NCBI GenBank assembly: GCA_963829055.1
Contig: CAWHHI010000016.1
Span: 320,001 to 384,000, forward strand
Direction: 5' to 3'
DNA length: 64,000 nt
DNA from: an uncultured Gemmatimonadaceae bacterium
GTDB lineage: Bacteria; Gemmatimonadota; Gemmatimonadetes; Gemmatimonadales; Gemmatimonadaceae
Of this stretch, positions 44,143-58,641 are shown piece by piece. The notes under the pieces are model-generated. The model saw only the letters and a program-made list of their open reading frames with translations. It was not told the DNA's origin and did no database searches. Every line of letters begins with the position of its first letter. Within the stretch, counting starts at the first letter, position 1. The translations under genes were made by a program, and so were the position numbers.

Positions 44143-45032
44143 TGTCCACAATGCTGCGCGGGTGTGGCACCGCGCTCGTCACACCGTTCACCGCGAGCGG
44201 CGCCGTCGACGAGGGTGCGCTGCGGCGCTTCGTCGAGTGGCAGATCGCGGAAGGCGTCCACTTTCTCGTCCCGTGCGGATCGACCGGTGAGGCAGCCACG
44301 CTCACGACGGCCGAGCAGCGTCGAGTCGTCGAGATCACGGTCGACGTGGCGGAGGGAAGGGTCCCCATCGTGGCTGGCGCGGGGTCCAACGATACGGCAC
44401 GTGCGATCGCGCTGTCACGCGAGATGCGAGACGCGGGAGCGACGCATCTGCTTCACGTCTCGCCGGCGTACAACAAGCCGCCGCAGCGCGGCATCATCGC
44501 GCACTTCCGCGCGATCGCGGACGCCGTCGATCTGCCCATCGTGTTGTACAATGTGCCGGGACGCACGGCCAGCAACATCGAGGCGCGAACGACGCTCGCG
44601 CTCGCCGAGCATCCGCGCATTGTCGCCATCAAGGAAGCGTCGGGGAATCTGGCGCAGGTCACGACCATCCTGCGGCACCGACCCGACGACTTCAGCGTCC
44701 TGTCCGGCGACGACGCCCTGACGCTGGCTGTGATGGCGGCTGGCGGCGATGGCGTGATCTCCGTCGTGAGCAATGCCACCCCGCGACTGATGGCACGGCT
44801 CACGGACTTCTGCGCGAGCGGCGACTTCGCCGAGGCGCGCGCGCTCGCCATGCGTCTCACGCCGTGGTTCGAGGCTGCGTTCATCGATTCCAATCCAATT
44901 CCCGTGAAGGCTGCACTGTCGATGATGGGCAAGATGGAGAACGTGCTTCGATTGCCGCTCGTCCCGCTCACCAGCGAGCACGAGGCGCCGCTGCGCGCCG
45001 CGCTGGCCGGAGTGGAGGCGCTGTCACCATGA
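44142..45032 (+). CDS. dapA: 4-hydroxy-tetrahydrodipicolinate synthase
   Basis: TALVTPF, GSTGE, LYNVPGRT, IKEASG, NPIPVK. Confidence 0.96.
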   Translation: MSTMLRGCGTALVTPFTASGAVDEGALRRFVEWQIAEGVHFLVPCGSTGEAATLTTAEQRRVVEITVDVAEGRVPIVAGAGSNDTARAIALSREMRDAGATHLLHVSPAYNKPPQRGIIAHFRAIADAVDLPIVLYNVPGRTASNIEARTTLALAEHPRIVAIKEASGNLAQVTTILRHRPDDFSVLSGDDALTLAVMAAGGDGVISVVSNATPRLMARLTDFCASGDFAEARALAMRLTPWFEAAFIDSNPIPVKAALSMMGKMENVLRLPLVPLTSEHEAPLRAALAGVEALSP

Positions 45033-45904
45033 CGGTGGTCACGAGCAACGCGCTCGCCGAGCGCATCGAGGCGATCGCGTCAACGCCGCAGGGCACCCCG
45101 TTGCCTAACGATACCGAGTCCGTCGTCTACGAGCTGCTCGGTGCGCTGGAGCGTGGCGAGTTGCGCGCGGCCGAGCGCGCCGCGGACGGGACGTGGAATG
45201 CGGTGCCCTGGGTCAAGCGAGGTATCCTGCTGGGATTTCGCGTTGGCCGCGTCGTAGCGATGCCCGAGGACGGAATCGACCACGGGCCAGACCAGCCCGC
45301 GGCATTCTTCGACAAGCACACGTTTCCGCCGCGGGCATTGACGTTGAAGGACAGCGTGCGTGTCGTACCCGGCGGCACATCCATCAGGCGTGGGACGTAC
45401 GTGGCGCCGGGCGTCGTGTGCATGCCGCCGGCCTACATCAACGTCGGCGCGTACGTGGGCGCGGGAACCATGATCGATTCGCACGCGCTTGTCGGGTCGT
45501 GCGCGCAGATTGGCGAACGCGTGCATCTGAGCGCCGCGGCGCAGATTGGCGGAGTGCTCGAGCCGGTGAACGCCGCGCCCGTCATCATCGAGAGTGACGC
45601 GATCGTCGGCGGGAATTGCGGCGTATACGAAGGAACGATCGTCAGGGCGCGCGCGGTCCTCGGGGCAGGAGTGGTGCTCACCCGCGGCACGCCAGTGTTC
45701 GACCTCGTGCGCGAGCGCGTGTATCGCGCTGAAGGCGGCCGACCACTCGAGATTCCCGAAGGAGCAGTGGTGGTGCCGGGCGCGCGGGCAGTGCGTGGCC
45801 AGTGGGCGGCAGCTGAAGGTCTCTCGTTGCAGACCCCACTGATCGTCAAGTACCGTGACGAGAAGACAGACCTGGCGACCGCGTTGGAGCAGTGGTTGCG
45901 ATGA
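45029..45904 (+). CDS. dapD: Tetrahydrodipicolinate N-succinyltransferase
   Basis: WVKRGILLGF, RVVP, GSCAQIG, IGGVLEP. Confidence 0.94.
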   Translation: MTVVTSNALAERIEAIASTPQGTPLPNDTESVVYELLGALERGELRAAERAADGTWNAVPWVKRGILLGFRVGRVVAMPEDGIDHGPDQPAAFFDKHTFPPRALTLKDSVRVVPGGTSIRRGTYVAPGVVCMPPAYINVGAYVGAGTMIDSHALVGSCAQIGERVHLSAAAQIGGVLEPVNAAPVIIESDAIVGGNCGVYEGTIVRARAVLGAGVVLTRGTPVFDLVRERVYRAEGGRPLEIPEGAVVVPGARAVRGQWAAAEGLSLQTPLIVKYRDEKTDLATALEQWLR

Positions 45905-47179
45905 CCTCCCATCCGGCCTCACTCGCGATCCGTGTACCGGGCGACAAGTCGATCTCGCACCGCGCCCTCATCTGTGCCGCGCTCGCGAGCGGCCGGTCGC
46001 GCATTCGCAACATACTGCCATCGGCCGACGTGCATTCGACGGCAGGAGTTCTGCGCGCGTTAGGCGTGACGATCCCGCCACTCGGGCACGACGTTCGTGT
46101 CGACGGGCGTGGTCTCGGTGCTCTCGAAGCCGCGAGCGAGCCGCTCGACTGCGGAAACAGCGGCACGACGGCGCGCCTCATGACCGGCGTGCTGAGCGGA
46201 CACCAGTTCGCGAGCCGCCTCATCGGCGATGCGAGTCTCAGCCGACGTCCGATGGCGCGTGTTGCTCGCCCGCTCGAGGCCATGGGCGCGCGCTTCACGT
46301 TCGAGGACGGGGATCATCTGCCGATGGTCGTGACTGGCGGACAATTGCGTTCGATCGACTGGCCGAGCCCGACGGCGAGCGCGCAGGTCAAGAGCGCGAT
46401 TCTCTTCGCGGGGCTCGTGGCGCGGCGTTCCTGTGTCCGTCACGGAGCCCATCCGCTCCCGCGACCATACCGAGCGCATGCTGGCGTCTCTTGGCGTCGA
46501 GATCCGTTCGTGTGGCGGTGAAGCGTCGCTCACGCCGGCGTCCGAGCTGCCTTCATTCCAGATCGACGTTCCGGCGGATCCATCGTCGGCGGCGTTCCTC
46601 GCCGCGCTCGCCGCGGCGGGAGGGGTAGGGAGCGGCACGCCCGTCGCGCTGACAGATGTCGCGTTGAATCCGACGAGGCTCGGGTTCTTTCGCACGCTGC
46701 GCGACATGGGCGCCGACGTGGAGTGGGAAGTAGAGCGCGAGGAGTGCGGCGAGCCGGTCGGCACCATCACGGTCACCGCGCGTGGGTTGCGCGCGGTGCG
46801 CGTGGCCGGCCAGGACGTTCCGGCGATGATCGATGAGCTGCCGCTTCTCGCGTGTCTGGCGACGCGCGCCGATGGCGAAACGGAGATCCGTGGCGCGAGC
46901 GAGCTCCGGGTCAAGGAAAGCGATCGGATTGCGGCGGTCGTCGCCAACCTTCGCGCCGTCGGCGCGGATGCGGACGAGCTTCCCGACGGGCTGCGCGTGC
47001 GCGGGCCGACGTTGTCGTTAGGCGGTCAGGTGCGGGCGCACGGGGATCACCGGCTGGCGATGGCGTTCGGTGTGCTTGGCGCGCTGTCTGGCGACGCGAT
47101 CGTTGTGGACGATCCCGACTGTGTCTCGGTCTCGTATCCGGGATTCTGGTCGGATCTGGCGCGACTGACGGATGAGTAA
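45901..47179 (+). CDS. aroA: EPSP synthase; frameshift near 46425
   Basis: PGDKSISHR, DCGNSGT, SAQVKSA, RDHTERML, ELRVKESDRI, DHR. Confidence 0.95.
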
Positions 47180-47894
47180 AGACGCATTGCCGGACACGCC
47201 GGTCGTCATCGCGATCGATGGACCCGCCGCGTCAGGCAAGTCGTCCACCGCCCACTGGGTTGCATCGGTGCTCCGGTATCGACACGTCGATTCGGGCGCA
47301 TTGTACCGCGCCGCAACGGCGGCGGCCGTGCGCAGCGGAGTGTCACCCAGCGAATGGACGGAGGCGTTCGTGCTCGACGCTGCCGCCGGCATCAGCCTCA
47401 GTCCGCGCGACACGTCGTTCGCGCCGTGCATCGACGGCAAGGACATCGAGGCCGAGATCCGCGGACCCGAGGTGACACGGTTCGTATCCCAAGTAGCGCA
47501 GATGCCGCTCGTTCGCGCCTGGGTGAACTCGCTCGTGAGGGACACGGCGCGCCGGCACGATGTCGTCGTCGATGGCCGAGACATGGGCACCGCCGTTTTT
47601 CCCGACGCCACGCTCAAGGTGTTCCTGATCGCCGACCCGTGGGAGCGCGCCCGTCGGCGGTTGACGCAGCAGATCGGCCGTCGACCCACCGAGGCGGAAA
47701 TCGCAGAAGAGACGGATCGCATCGTCCACCGCGACGCGCAGGACGCAACCCAGACCGTTCAGGCGAAGGACGCCGTCCTGATCGATACGACCTACCTGAC
47801 GCAGCCTGAGCAAGTAGACCGCATCGTCGCGCTGGCGAGGGCCGTAACTCAGCGTGGAAGCGAAACTTCCCCCGTTGACGGGCATATAGGCTGA
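47172..47894 (+). CDS. cmk: Cytidylate kinase
   Basis: IAIDGPAASGKSS, DSGALYR, DGRDMGTAVFP. Confidence 0.95.
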   Translation: MSKDALPDTPVVIAIDGPAASGKSSTAHWVASVLRYRHVDSGALYRAATAAAVRSGVSPSEWTEAFVLDAAAGISLSPRDTSFAPCIDGKDIEAEIRGPEVTRFVSQVAQMPLVRAWVNSLVRDTARRHDVVVDGRDMGTAVFPDATLKVFLIADPWERARRRLTQQIGRRPTEAEIAEETDRIVHRDAQDATQTVQAKDAVLIDTTYLTQPEQVDRIVALARAVTQRGSETSPVDGHIG

Positions 47895-47903
47895 CAATAC
47901 ATT
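47875..47903 (+). promoter_or_regulatory. Sigma70-type promoter for rpsA
   Basis: TTGACG-N17-TACATT. Confidence 0.55.
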
Positions 47904-48037
47904 TGACGGTTCGCGCGAATCGGACCTGAGATCCGTCCCACAAGGGCGGCTTTTGGGGCCGGCTTCGTTTCCCGTTCTGCACTTCGACTCGTCGCGGCGA
48001 GCCTAAAGATCCGCGGTCCAGGAGAATACTCATCGGT

Positions 48038-49846
<1,809 letters not shown>

Positions 49847-49870
49847 CGCCAGGCAGGCACCAGCGAATAC

Positions 49871-49912
49871 CAGCGGGACGCTTTCACAGTCGAAAGCGTC
49901 CCGCTGTGTTTT
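49871..49912 (+). terminator. Intrinsic terminator after rpsA
   Basis: cagcgggacgctttc-acagtc-gaaagcgtcccgctg-TGTTTT. Confidence 0.85.
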
Positions 49913-49921
49913 CGAGCTCAC

Positions 49922-49944
49922 GCTGATAGCTGATCGCTGATAGC
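49922..49944. repeat. Heptamer array (GCTGATM)x3
   Basis: GCTGATA GCTGATC GCTGATA GC. Confidence 0.65.
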
Positions 49945-49964
49945 CCCATTAGCTTCACGCCTCT

Positions 49965-51514
49965 ATGACCATGCGAGAAAAGCTCGATCTGCTCGAACGG
50001 CGGCGCGCCGAATCCGAGCAGGGCGGAGGCGCTGAGCGCGTCAAGGCACAGCACGACAAGGGGAAGCTGTCGGCGCGCGAGCGACTCGACGTGCTGCTCG
50101 ACGAGGGGAGCTTTGTCGAGTTCGACCGCTTCGTGACCCACCGCTCGACCGACTTCGGCCTCGATCGGATCAAGACATACGGTGACGGCGTCGTGACCGG
50201 CTACGGCCGGATCGACGGCCGGCTCGTCTACGTCTTCTCCCAGGACTTCACCGTGTTCGGCGGGTCCCTCTCGGAGGCGTTTGCGGAGAAGATCTGCAAG
50301 GTGATGGACCTCGCGCTGCGGAATGGCGCGCCGATGATCGGGCTGAACGACTCGGGAGGCGCCCGCATCCAGGAAGGGGTCGTGTCGTTAGGTGGGTACG
50401 CCGACATCTTCCTCCGCAACACGTTGGCGTCCGGCGTGATTCCACAGATCTCCGCCGTGCTCGGCCCGTGTGCCGGTGGCGCGGTGTACTCGCCGGCGAT
50501 CACGGACTTCACGTACATGGTCCGGGGGACGTCGTACATGTTCGTCACCGGACCGAACGTCGTGAAGACGGTCACGCACGAAGACGTGACCATGGAGCAG
50601 CTCGGTGGCGCCGACACGCACGCCGGCACGTCAGGCGTCGCGCACTTCGCGCATGACTCGGAGCTGGCGTCGCTGCAGGCCATCCGTGAGCTGTTCCGCT
50701 ACGTGCCGTCGAACAACCTCGACGATCCACCGCGCGGGACCGGCCGGGATCCTCGCGATCGCCGCGAGGAGTCGCTCATCGACGTCGTGCCCGATAACGC
50801 GAACAAGCCGTACGACATGCACGAGGTCATCACGCGCATCGTCGACGACGGCGAGTTTTATGAAGTGCACGGTGCGTACGCAGGAAATATTCTGTGCGGC
50901 TTCGCGCACCTGGGCGGCTACAGCGTCGGGATCGTCGCGAATCAGCCGGCTGTGCTCGCGGGGGTGCTGGACATCAACGCATCGGTCAAGGCAGCGCGCT
51001 TCGTTCGGTTCTGTGATGCGTTCAACATCCCGATCGTCACGTTCGAGGACGTGCCAGGGTTTCTGCCCGGCGTTATGCAGGAGCACAACGGCATCATCCG
51101 ACACGGGGCGAAGCTGCTGTACGCGTACTGCGAGGCCACGGTGCCGAAGCTCACCGTCATCACGCGCAAGGCTTACGGCGGTGCGTATGACGTCATGAGC
51201 TCGAAGCACATTCGCGGCGACTTCAATGTCGCCTGGCCGACCGCCGAGATCGCGGTCATGGGCCCCAAGGGCGCCGTCGAGATTCTGTTTCGCCGCGAGA
51301 TCGCCGAGAGCGGCGACGGCGTGGCTGCGACTGATGCCAAGGTGCGCGAGTACTCCGAGAAGTTCGCGAACCCGTACGTCGCGGCGAGTCGCGGATACGT
51401 CGACGATATCATCGATCCGCGCGACACGCGGCCGCGCCTTATCGATGCGCTGAGCACGCTCGAGCGAAAGCGCGACCGCAATCCGCCAAAGAAGCACGGG
51501 AACATCCCGCTGTA

Positions 51515-51515
<1 letters not shown>
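49965..51515 (+). CDS. pccB: Acyl-CoA (propionyl-CoA) carboxylase carboxyltransferase subunit
   Basis: [47 protein letters not shown]. Confidence 0.93.
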
Positions 51516-53063
<1,548 letters not shown>

Positions 53064-53067
<4 letters not shown>

Positions 53068-54321
53068 CAACCGCTCGCGTTCACGTCGAGTCCATCGCAG
53101 CCGGCGGAGACGGCGTCGCGAGGAGCGAAGGCATGGCTGTCTTCATACCGAGGACCGCACCTGGCGACACTGTGGATGCGCGGCTCGACGTGCGCGGGAG
53201 GTTCGCACGCGGAGCGGTGTTGTCGATCGTCGAACCATCTCCCGAGCGCGTAGACCCGCCGTGCGTGCACTACACGCGTGATCGCTGCGGCGGATGTCAG
53301 ATCCAGCATCTCGGGTACGATGCGCAGCTGAGCGCCAAGAGCACGATCGTTCGCGACGCAATGCAGCGCATCGGCAAGCGCTCCGTTGATGCCGTGGACG
53401 TCCGACCGAGTCCGGCGCCCTGGGCGTACCGCACGAAGCTCACGCTCGCGCTCCGCTGGCGCGGTGATCGCTTGATCGCGGGTCTCCATCCGTTCGACAG
53501 ACCCGATGCGGTGTTCCAGCTCGAGGAGTGCCTCATCACGGACGATCGCGTTGTGGCCATCTGGAAGCAGATTTTCGCTGCGGCGTCGCTTCTTCCGAGA
53601 GCCGCGCAGCTCCGCGGCGCGGTTCGCCTGACGACGGACGGCGCGTCGTTCGTGCTCGAAGGCGGAAGCCAGTGGTCAACGGCTGAAGCGTTCGGCCAAG
53701 CGCGTACCGGCGCTGTCGACGGTGTGGTGGGAGCCGGACGGACAGAGACGTCGATTGCTCGTGGACCGGCGCACGGGCGACGTGGGCGCATCGGAGGCTC
53801 ACGACGCGAAGTCGCCCGACGCGTCGTTCACGCAGGTGAATGCGGCGGGGGCGGAGCAGCTTCACGCCTACGTGATTGGAGTCGCCAGGGCGCATGCGCC
53901 AGCGGTCGTCATCGACGCGTACGCGGGGGCGGGCGCGACAGCTATCGCGCTCGCCGGCGCTGGCATGCGCGTGACCGCGATCGAGCTTGATGCCGCCGCC
54001 GCGAGGTGGGTTGCGGCGCACCTCCCACCGGGGTCTCGCGCGATTGTCGGGCGTGTCGAGGACGTTATCGGCGACGCGCTGCCGGCCGATGTCGTGATCC
54101 TCAACCCGCCGCGTGCCGGCGTCGATGAGCGAGTCACATCGGCGTTACAGGAGGCGACGCCGCCGCGCGCGATCGTCTACGTCAGCTGCAACCCGGCTAC
54201 GCTCGCGCGCGACGTACAGCGCCTGTCCCGGTACCGCATCGCGTCCATGTTGTCGTTCGACATGTTCCCACAGACCGCGCACGTCGAGACGGTGTGCGAG
54301 CTCGTTCCGGAGGCCGCGTGA
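53064..54321 (+). CDS. TRAM-domain RNA m5U methyltransferase (RlmD-like); frameshift near 53700
   Basis: GDGVAR, C..CGGCQIQH, SFTQVN, NPPRAG, YVSCNPATLARD, DMFPQTAHVE. Confidence 0.9.
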
Positions 54322-54818
54322 AATACCTCGTCGACGTTGCCGGCAGGACCGTGGAGGTCGAGCTCGACGCCAATGGCGTTCGTGTGGACGGGACCGAGGT
54401 CGAGGCACATCTGGCTGACCTCCCGGGTACGCCCATCGCGTTGCTTACCATTGGCGATGAGGTACACCGCGTGGCGGTGGCGCGAGGCGCATCGCGCGGA
54501 CGGTACGCGCTCTCGCTCGACGGCTGGCGTTACGACGTCGAGGCGCTGGACGAGCGAACCCACGCGATCCGGCAACTCTCGGCGGCCACGTCGGGGCCGG
54601 CGGGGCCCGCGCCGTTGATTGCGCCAATGCCGGGGCTGATCGTGCGCGTGAACGTCGAAGTCGGGAGCGTGGTTCAGGCCGGCCAGGGCCTCATCGTGAT
54701 GGAGGCGATGAAGATGGAGAACGAGCTCCGCTCGGCGGCCGCGGGGGTCGTAAAGTCCGTCCGGGTGAAGCCCGGCGTTGCCGTGGAGCGGGGCGCGACG
54801 CTGGTGGAGCTCGAGTAG
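54318..54818 (+). CDS. Biotin carboxyl carrier protein subunit
   Basis: APMPG...EAMKMENE. Confidence 0.93.
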   Translation: MKYLVDVAGRTVEVELDANGVRVDGTEVEAHLADLPGTPIALLTIGDEVHRVAVARGASRGRYALSLDGWRYDVEALDERTHAIRQLSAATSGPAGPAPLIAPMPGLIVRVNVEVGSVVQAGQGLIVMEAMKMENELRSAAAGVVKSVRVKPGVAVERGATLVELE

Positions 54819-54838
54819 CGAGCCACTTTTCACGTCGG

Positions 54839-54867
54839 TTGACAACACGTAAATGCTTGTCTAGCTT
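54839..54867 (+). promoter_or_regulatory. Sigma70-type promoter for rplM operon
   Basis: TTGACA-N17-TAGCTT. Confidence 0.7.
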
Positions 54868-54955
54868 ACGTGTCTGCCAAAATCAGGATAGCCCGGTCCG
54901 CCACTGGCGCCAAGCGCCAGGGTGCGGGCCGTTCACGTTCGGATTCGTATTCTCA

Positions 54956-55411
54956 ATGAGCACTTACACCGCGACACCGAAGGACATCGAACATCGGTGG
55001 TTCATCGTTGATGCCGATGGGATGGTCCTCGGTCGTCTCGCCACTGAAATCGTGCGCATCCTGCGCGGCAAGCACAAGCCGATGTACACGCCGCACATGG
55101 ACACGGGCGACAACGTCATCGTCATCAACGCTTCGAAGGTGAAGCTGACGGGGCGGAAGATGGAGCAGAAGCGCTACTTCACGCACACCGGCTACATGGG
55201 TCACGAGCGCTTCACGCCAGCCGCGTCCATGCTGGCGAAGCACCCGGAGCGCATGATCGAGAAGGCGGTGTACGGCATGCTGCCCAAGAGTGCGCTCGGC
55301 CGGCAGCAGTTGCGCCGGAAGCTCCGCGTGTACGCGACGGCCAATCACCCGCACGTCGCGCAACAGCCCGGCGTGCTGACGTTCAACGCTCGCACCAACG
55401 AGACGAAGTAA
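54956..55411 (+). CDS. rplM: 50S ribosomal protein L13
   Basis: WFIVDADGMVLGRLA, LRGKHKP.YTPH.DTGD. Confidence 0.97.
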   Translation: MSTYTATPKDIEHRWFIVDADGMVLGRLATEIVRILRGKHKPMYTPHMDTGDNVIVINASKVKLTGRKMEQKRYFTHTGYMGHERFTPAASMLAKHPERMIEKAVYGMLPKSALGRQQLRRKLRVYATANHPHVAQQPGVLTFNARTNETK

Positions 55412-55806
55412 TGGCTGACAGTTCGACGACGCACGCCGTTGGCCGCCGCAAGGAAGCGGTGTGTCGCGTGTACATTCGCCCCGGCTCCGGCAAGTGGGAT
55501 GTCAACGGTCGCACGTTAGGCGACTACTTCCCGCGGGCCGCGCTCGTGTCGGCCATTCAGCAGCCGTTCACCGCGACTGACACGCTCGGGCGCTTCGACG
55601 TCAAAGCGAACGTCGTCGGTGGCGGACAGACGGGTCAGGCCGGCGCGCTGCGTCTGGCCGTCGCCCGTGCCCTCGTCGTGCTCGATGAGGCGCACCGCCG
55701 CAAGCTTCGTGACCTCGGTCTCCTGACGCGCGACGCGCGTGCGGTCGAGCGCAAGAAGCCGGGACGTCCGAAGGCCCGCAAGCGGTTCCAGTTCTCGAAG
55801 CGCTAA
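55411..55806 (+). CDS. rpsI: 30S ribosomal protein S9
   Basis: GRRKEAV, GGGQTGQA, KARKRFQFSKR. Confidence 0.97.
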   Translation: MADSSTTHAVGRRKEAVCRVYIRPGSGKWDVNGRTLGDYFPRAALVSAIQQPFTATDTLGRFDVKANVVGGGQTGQAGALRLAVARALVVLDEAHRRKLRDLGLLTRDARAVERKKPGRPKARKRFQFSKR

Positions 55807-55818
55807 CGCGTTTCGAGT

Positions 55819-55880
55819 GCTATCAGCTGTCAGCTCGGAGCTATCCGCCGGCTGGTAGTTGGCGACTGACAGCCGATAGC
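55819..55880. repeat. Heptamer-based inverted repeat
   Basis: GCTATCAGCTGTCAG ... CTGACAGCCGATAGC. Confidence 0.6.
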
Positions 55881-55888
55881 GTTCGACC

Positions 55889-55985
55889 CACTCTGCACGC
55901 CTTCCGAGTCACCTCGGGTGCTGGCCCAGCCAGTCGACGGTGATGATGACGAGGGCGGACGACAAAACCCATTCGAGGTTCTAAC
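55889..55985 (+). ncRNA. Putative rpsB (S2/t44-like) leader
   Basis: Upstream of rpsB-tsf; cgccttc/gagggcg stem enclosing the GGGTGC motif. Confidence 0.5.
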
Positions 55986-55990
55986 AGCAA

Positions 55991-56920
55991 ATGCAGCCCA
56001 GTCTCCAGCAGCTCCTCGAGGCCGGTGTCCACTTCGGACACCAGACTCGCCGTTGGAATCCCAAGATGCGCCGGTTCATTTTCGCCGAGCGGAACGGGAT
56101 CCACATCATCGACCTTCAGAAGACGCTCCGTCAGCTCGAGCTGGCGCAGAAGCTCGTGCGCGAAGTCGTCCTGCGCGGCGAGAACGTCCTCTTCGTCTGC
56201 ACCAAGCGGCAGCTCGGCGCCATCGTCCAGGGCGAAGCCGAGCGCTGCGACGCGATGTACGTCGTCGAGCGTTGGCTCGGCGGACTGCTCACGAACTTCC
56301 AGACCGTCAAGAAGCAGGTCCGGAAGCTCAAGGACCTCGAGGCAGGCTCCGAGGCCGGCGGCGAGTTCGAGAACTACACGAAGAAAGAGCAGCTCCTGAT
56401 GTCGCGGCAGCGCGACAAGCTTGCCAAGAACCTCTCGGGCATCAAGAGCATGACGCGCATTCCCGGCCTCATGTTCGTGATCGACGCGAAGAAGGAGCGC
56501 ATCGCCGTGAGCGAGGCGAACAAGCTCGGGATTCCGATCGTCGCCATCTGCGACACGAACTCGGACCCTGATCTCATCAGCGTTCCCATCGCGGGCAACG
56601 ATGACGCGATCCGGTCGGTCGAGCTGATCGCGCGCGCCATCTCCGACGCGATCACCGAAGCCCGCCGCGAGGCGCCGACGCGCCCGACCGAAGAGGAAGG
56701 CGAGGAGAGCACCTACAGCTCCGATCGCGGCATGGAGCCGGCCGCTGGCGGCGCAGGTGGAAGTGAAGAGGAGCGCAAGCGCCGTCGCCGTCCGCGTCGT
56801 CGCCGCGCGAAGCCAGAAGCGATCGCCGCACGGCTCAAGGGCGGCGCCGAGGGCGGTGAGGCGGTCGAGGGCGGCGATGCTGCCGGGGACGCAGACGAGG
56901 GCGCAGACACGGAAGCCTGA
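55991..56920 (+). CDS. rpsB: 30S ribosomal protein S2 with long C-terminal extension
   Basis: LLEAGVHFGHQTRRWNPKM, RWLGGLLTNF, GNDDAIRS. Confidence 0.97.
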   Translation: MQPSLQQLLEAGVHFGHQTRRWNPKMRRFIFAERNGIHIIDLQKTLRQLELAQKLVREVVLRGENVLFVCTKRQLGAIVQGEAERCDAMYVVERWLGGLLTNFQTVKKQVRKLKDLEAGSEAGGEFENYTKKEQLLMSRQRDKLAKNLSGIKSMTRIPGLMFVIDAKKERIAVSEANKLGIPIVAICDTNSDPDLISVPIAGNDDAIRSVELIARAISDAITEARREAPTRPTEEEGEESTYSSDRGMEPAAGGAGGSEEERKRRRRPRRRRAKPEAIAARLKGGAEGGEAVEGGDAAGDADEGADTEA

Positions 56921-56961
56921 ACGCTCCCACTGCCACAGGCCTCGAAGACCGTCTACAATCC

Positions 56962-56992
56962 AAACGCCGCCGGCGCCGTGCCGGCGGCGTTT
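56962..56992. terminator. Hairpin between rpsB and tsf (possible attenuator)
   Basis: aaacgccgccggc-gccgt-gccggcggcgttt. Confidence 0.55.
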
Positions 56993-57015
56993 CCACGAAA
57001 ACGAAGGAAAGACAC

Positions 57016-57915
57016 ATGGCTGCGACCACCATTACCGCAAAGGATGTCCAGGAGCTGCGCCAGCGTACGGGCGCCGGCATGATGGACTGCAAGAAGGCAC
57101 TCGAGGAGACCGGCGGCGACGTCCACAAGGCGGTCGAGTATCTCCGCAAGAAGGGCATCGCCAAGGCCGAGAAGCGCGCGGATCGCGCCGCCTCCGAAGG
57201 CCGCATCGTCGCGCTCGTGAGTGACGACGCGAAGACCGCCGCGCTGGTCGAGATCAACAGCGAGACGGACTTCGTCGCGCGCAACGAGGAATTCGGCGCG
57301 CTCGCCCAGGATGTCGCTACGCAGGTGTTCGGCGCCGCGGCATTCGATGGCATCGTCACGGTCGCGACCGAGGGCGAGGTCATGAAGCAGCCGTGGCACA
57401 AGGACGCGAGCAAGACCGTCGCTGACGCCGTGAAGGAAGCGTCAGGCAAGACGGGCGAGAACGTCGTCGTGCGTCGTTATGCGCGCTTCAAGACCGATGG
57501 CGTGATCGGCTCGTACGTGCACCACAACGGCCGCGTCGCCGTCATCGTGGACATTGCCGGCGGGACTGGCCCGGCGGTGCAGAACGTCGCGAAGTCGGTT
57601 GCCGAGCACATCGCGGCCGGCGTTCCGAAGGTGCCGCTCGGCGTGAACCGTGAAGAGGTTCCGAGCGACATCGTCGAGCGCGAGCGTCGGATCTACGAGG
57701 AGCAGGCCCGCACGGCCGGCAAGCCGGACGCGATGATCGCGAAGATCGTCGACGGTCAGGTGAACAAGTTCTTCTCGGAGAACACGCTACTCGACCAGCC
57801 GTGGGTGCGTGATGATTCGAAGACGATTCGCCAGCTCGTGGCGGACGCGAGCAAGGAGAGCGGCTCGACGCTGACGGTGCGTCGCTTCGCTCGCTTCCAG
57901 ATGGGCGAGGAGTAA
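57016..57915 (+). CDS. tsf: Elongation factor Ts
   Basis: LRQRTGAGMMDCKKAL, EINSETDFVARN. Confidence 0.97.
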   Translation: MAATTITAKDVQELRQRTGAGMMDCKKALEETGGDVHKAVEYLRKKGIAKAEKRADRAASEGRIVALVSDDAKTAALVEINSETDFVARNEEFGALAQDVATQVFGAAAFDGIVTVATEGEVMKQPWHKDASKTVADAVKEASGKTGENVVVRRYARFKTDGVIGSYVHHNGRVAVIVDIAGGTGPAVQNVAKSVAEHIAAGVPKVPLGVNREEVPSDIVERERRIYEEQARTAGKPDAMIAKIVDGQVNKFFSENTLLDQPWVRDDSKTIRQLVADASKESGSTLTVRRFARFQMGEE

Positions 57916-57921
57916 GCGACG

Positions 57922-58641
57922 GTGACAGCCACCGCCGTCGCCTATTCGCGCGTCCTGCTCAAGCTCTCGGGCGAAGCACTCGCCGGCGACAAGGCGATGG
58001 TCTTCGACTTCGAGCGTGTCAATCGATTCGCCGATGAGATCAAGGGGATCGCTGACATGGGCGTCAGCGTTGGTCTCGTCATCGGCGGTGGCAACATCGT
58101 TCGCGGCTCTCAGCTGTCCAAGAACGGCATGGATCGCGTCACAGCCGACTACATGGGCATGCTGGGGACCGTCATCAACGCCCTTGCGCTCCAGGACGTC
58201 CTGGAGCGCAAGGGACTCGACACGCGCGTCATGACCGCGATCCGGATGGAGGAGTTAGCCGAGCCGTATATCAGGCGTCGCGCGCTCCGGCATCTCGAGG
58301 TCGGGCGCACCGTGATCTTCGCCGCGGGGACGGGGAACCCGTACTTTTCCACCGACACGGCTGCGGCGCTGCGAGCCATCCAGATCAAGGCCGACGTCAT
58401 CATCAAGGCCACGAGCGTCGACGGCGTGTACACCGCGGACCCCAAGAAAGACCCCGACGCCAAACGCTACGACACGCTGAGCTATCGTGAGGTGATGGTG
58501 TCGGAGCTTGGCGTGATGGACCAGACGGCGGTGACGTTATGCAAGGAAAACAACCTCCCGTTGATCGTCCTGAACATTCACCATGAAGGCGCGGTCGCAA
58601 GCGCGGTACGCGGCGAGCGCGTGGGAACGATCGTTCGATGA
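57922..58641 (+). CDS. pyrH: UMP kinase
   Basis: [27 protein letters not shown]. Confidence 0.97.
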   Translation: MTATAVAYSRVLLKLSGEALAGDKAMVFDFERVNRFADEIKGIADMGVSVGLVIGGGNIVRGSQLSKNGMDRVTADYMGMLGTVINALALQDVLERKGLDTRVMTAIRMEELAEPYIRRRALRHLEVGRTVIFAAGTGNPYFSTDTAAALRAIQIKADVIIKATSVDGVYTADPKKDPDAKRYDTLSYREVMVSELGVMDQTAVTLCKENNLPLIVLNIHHEGAVASAVRGERVGTIVR

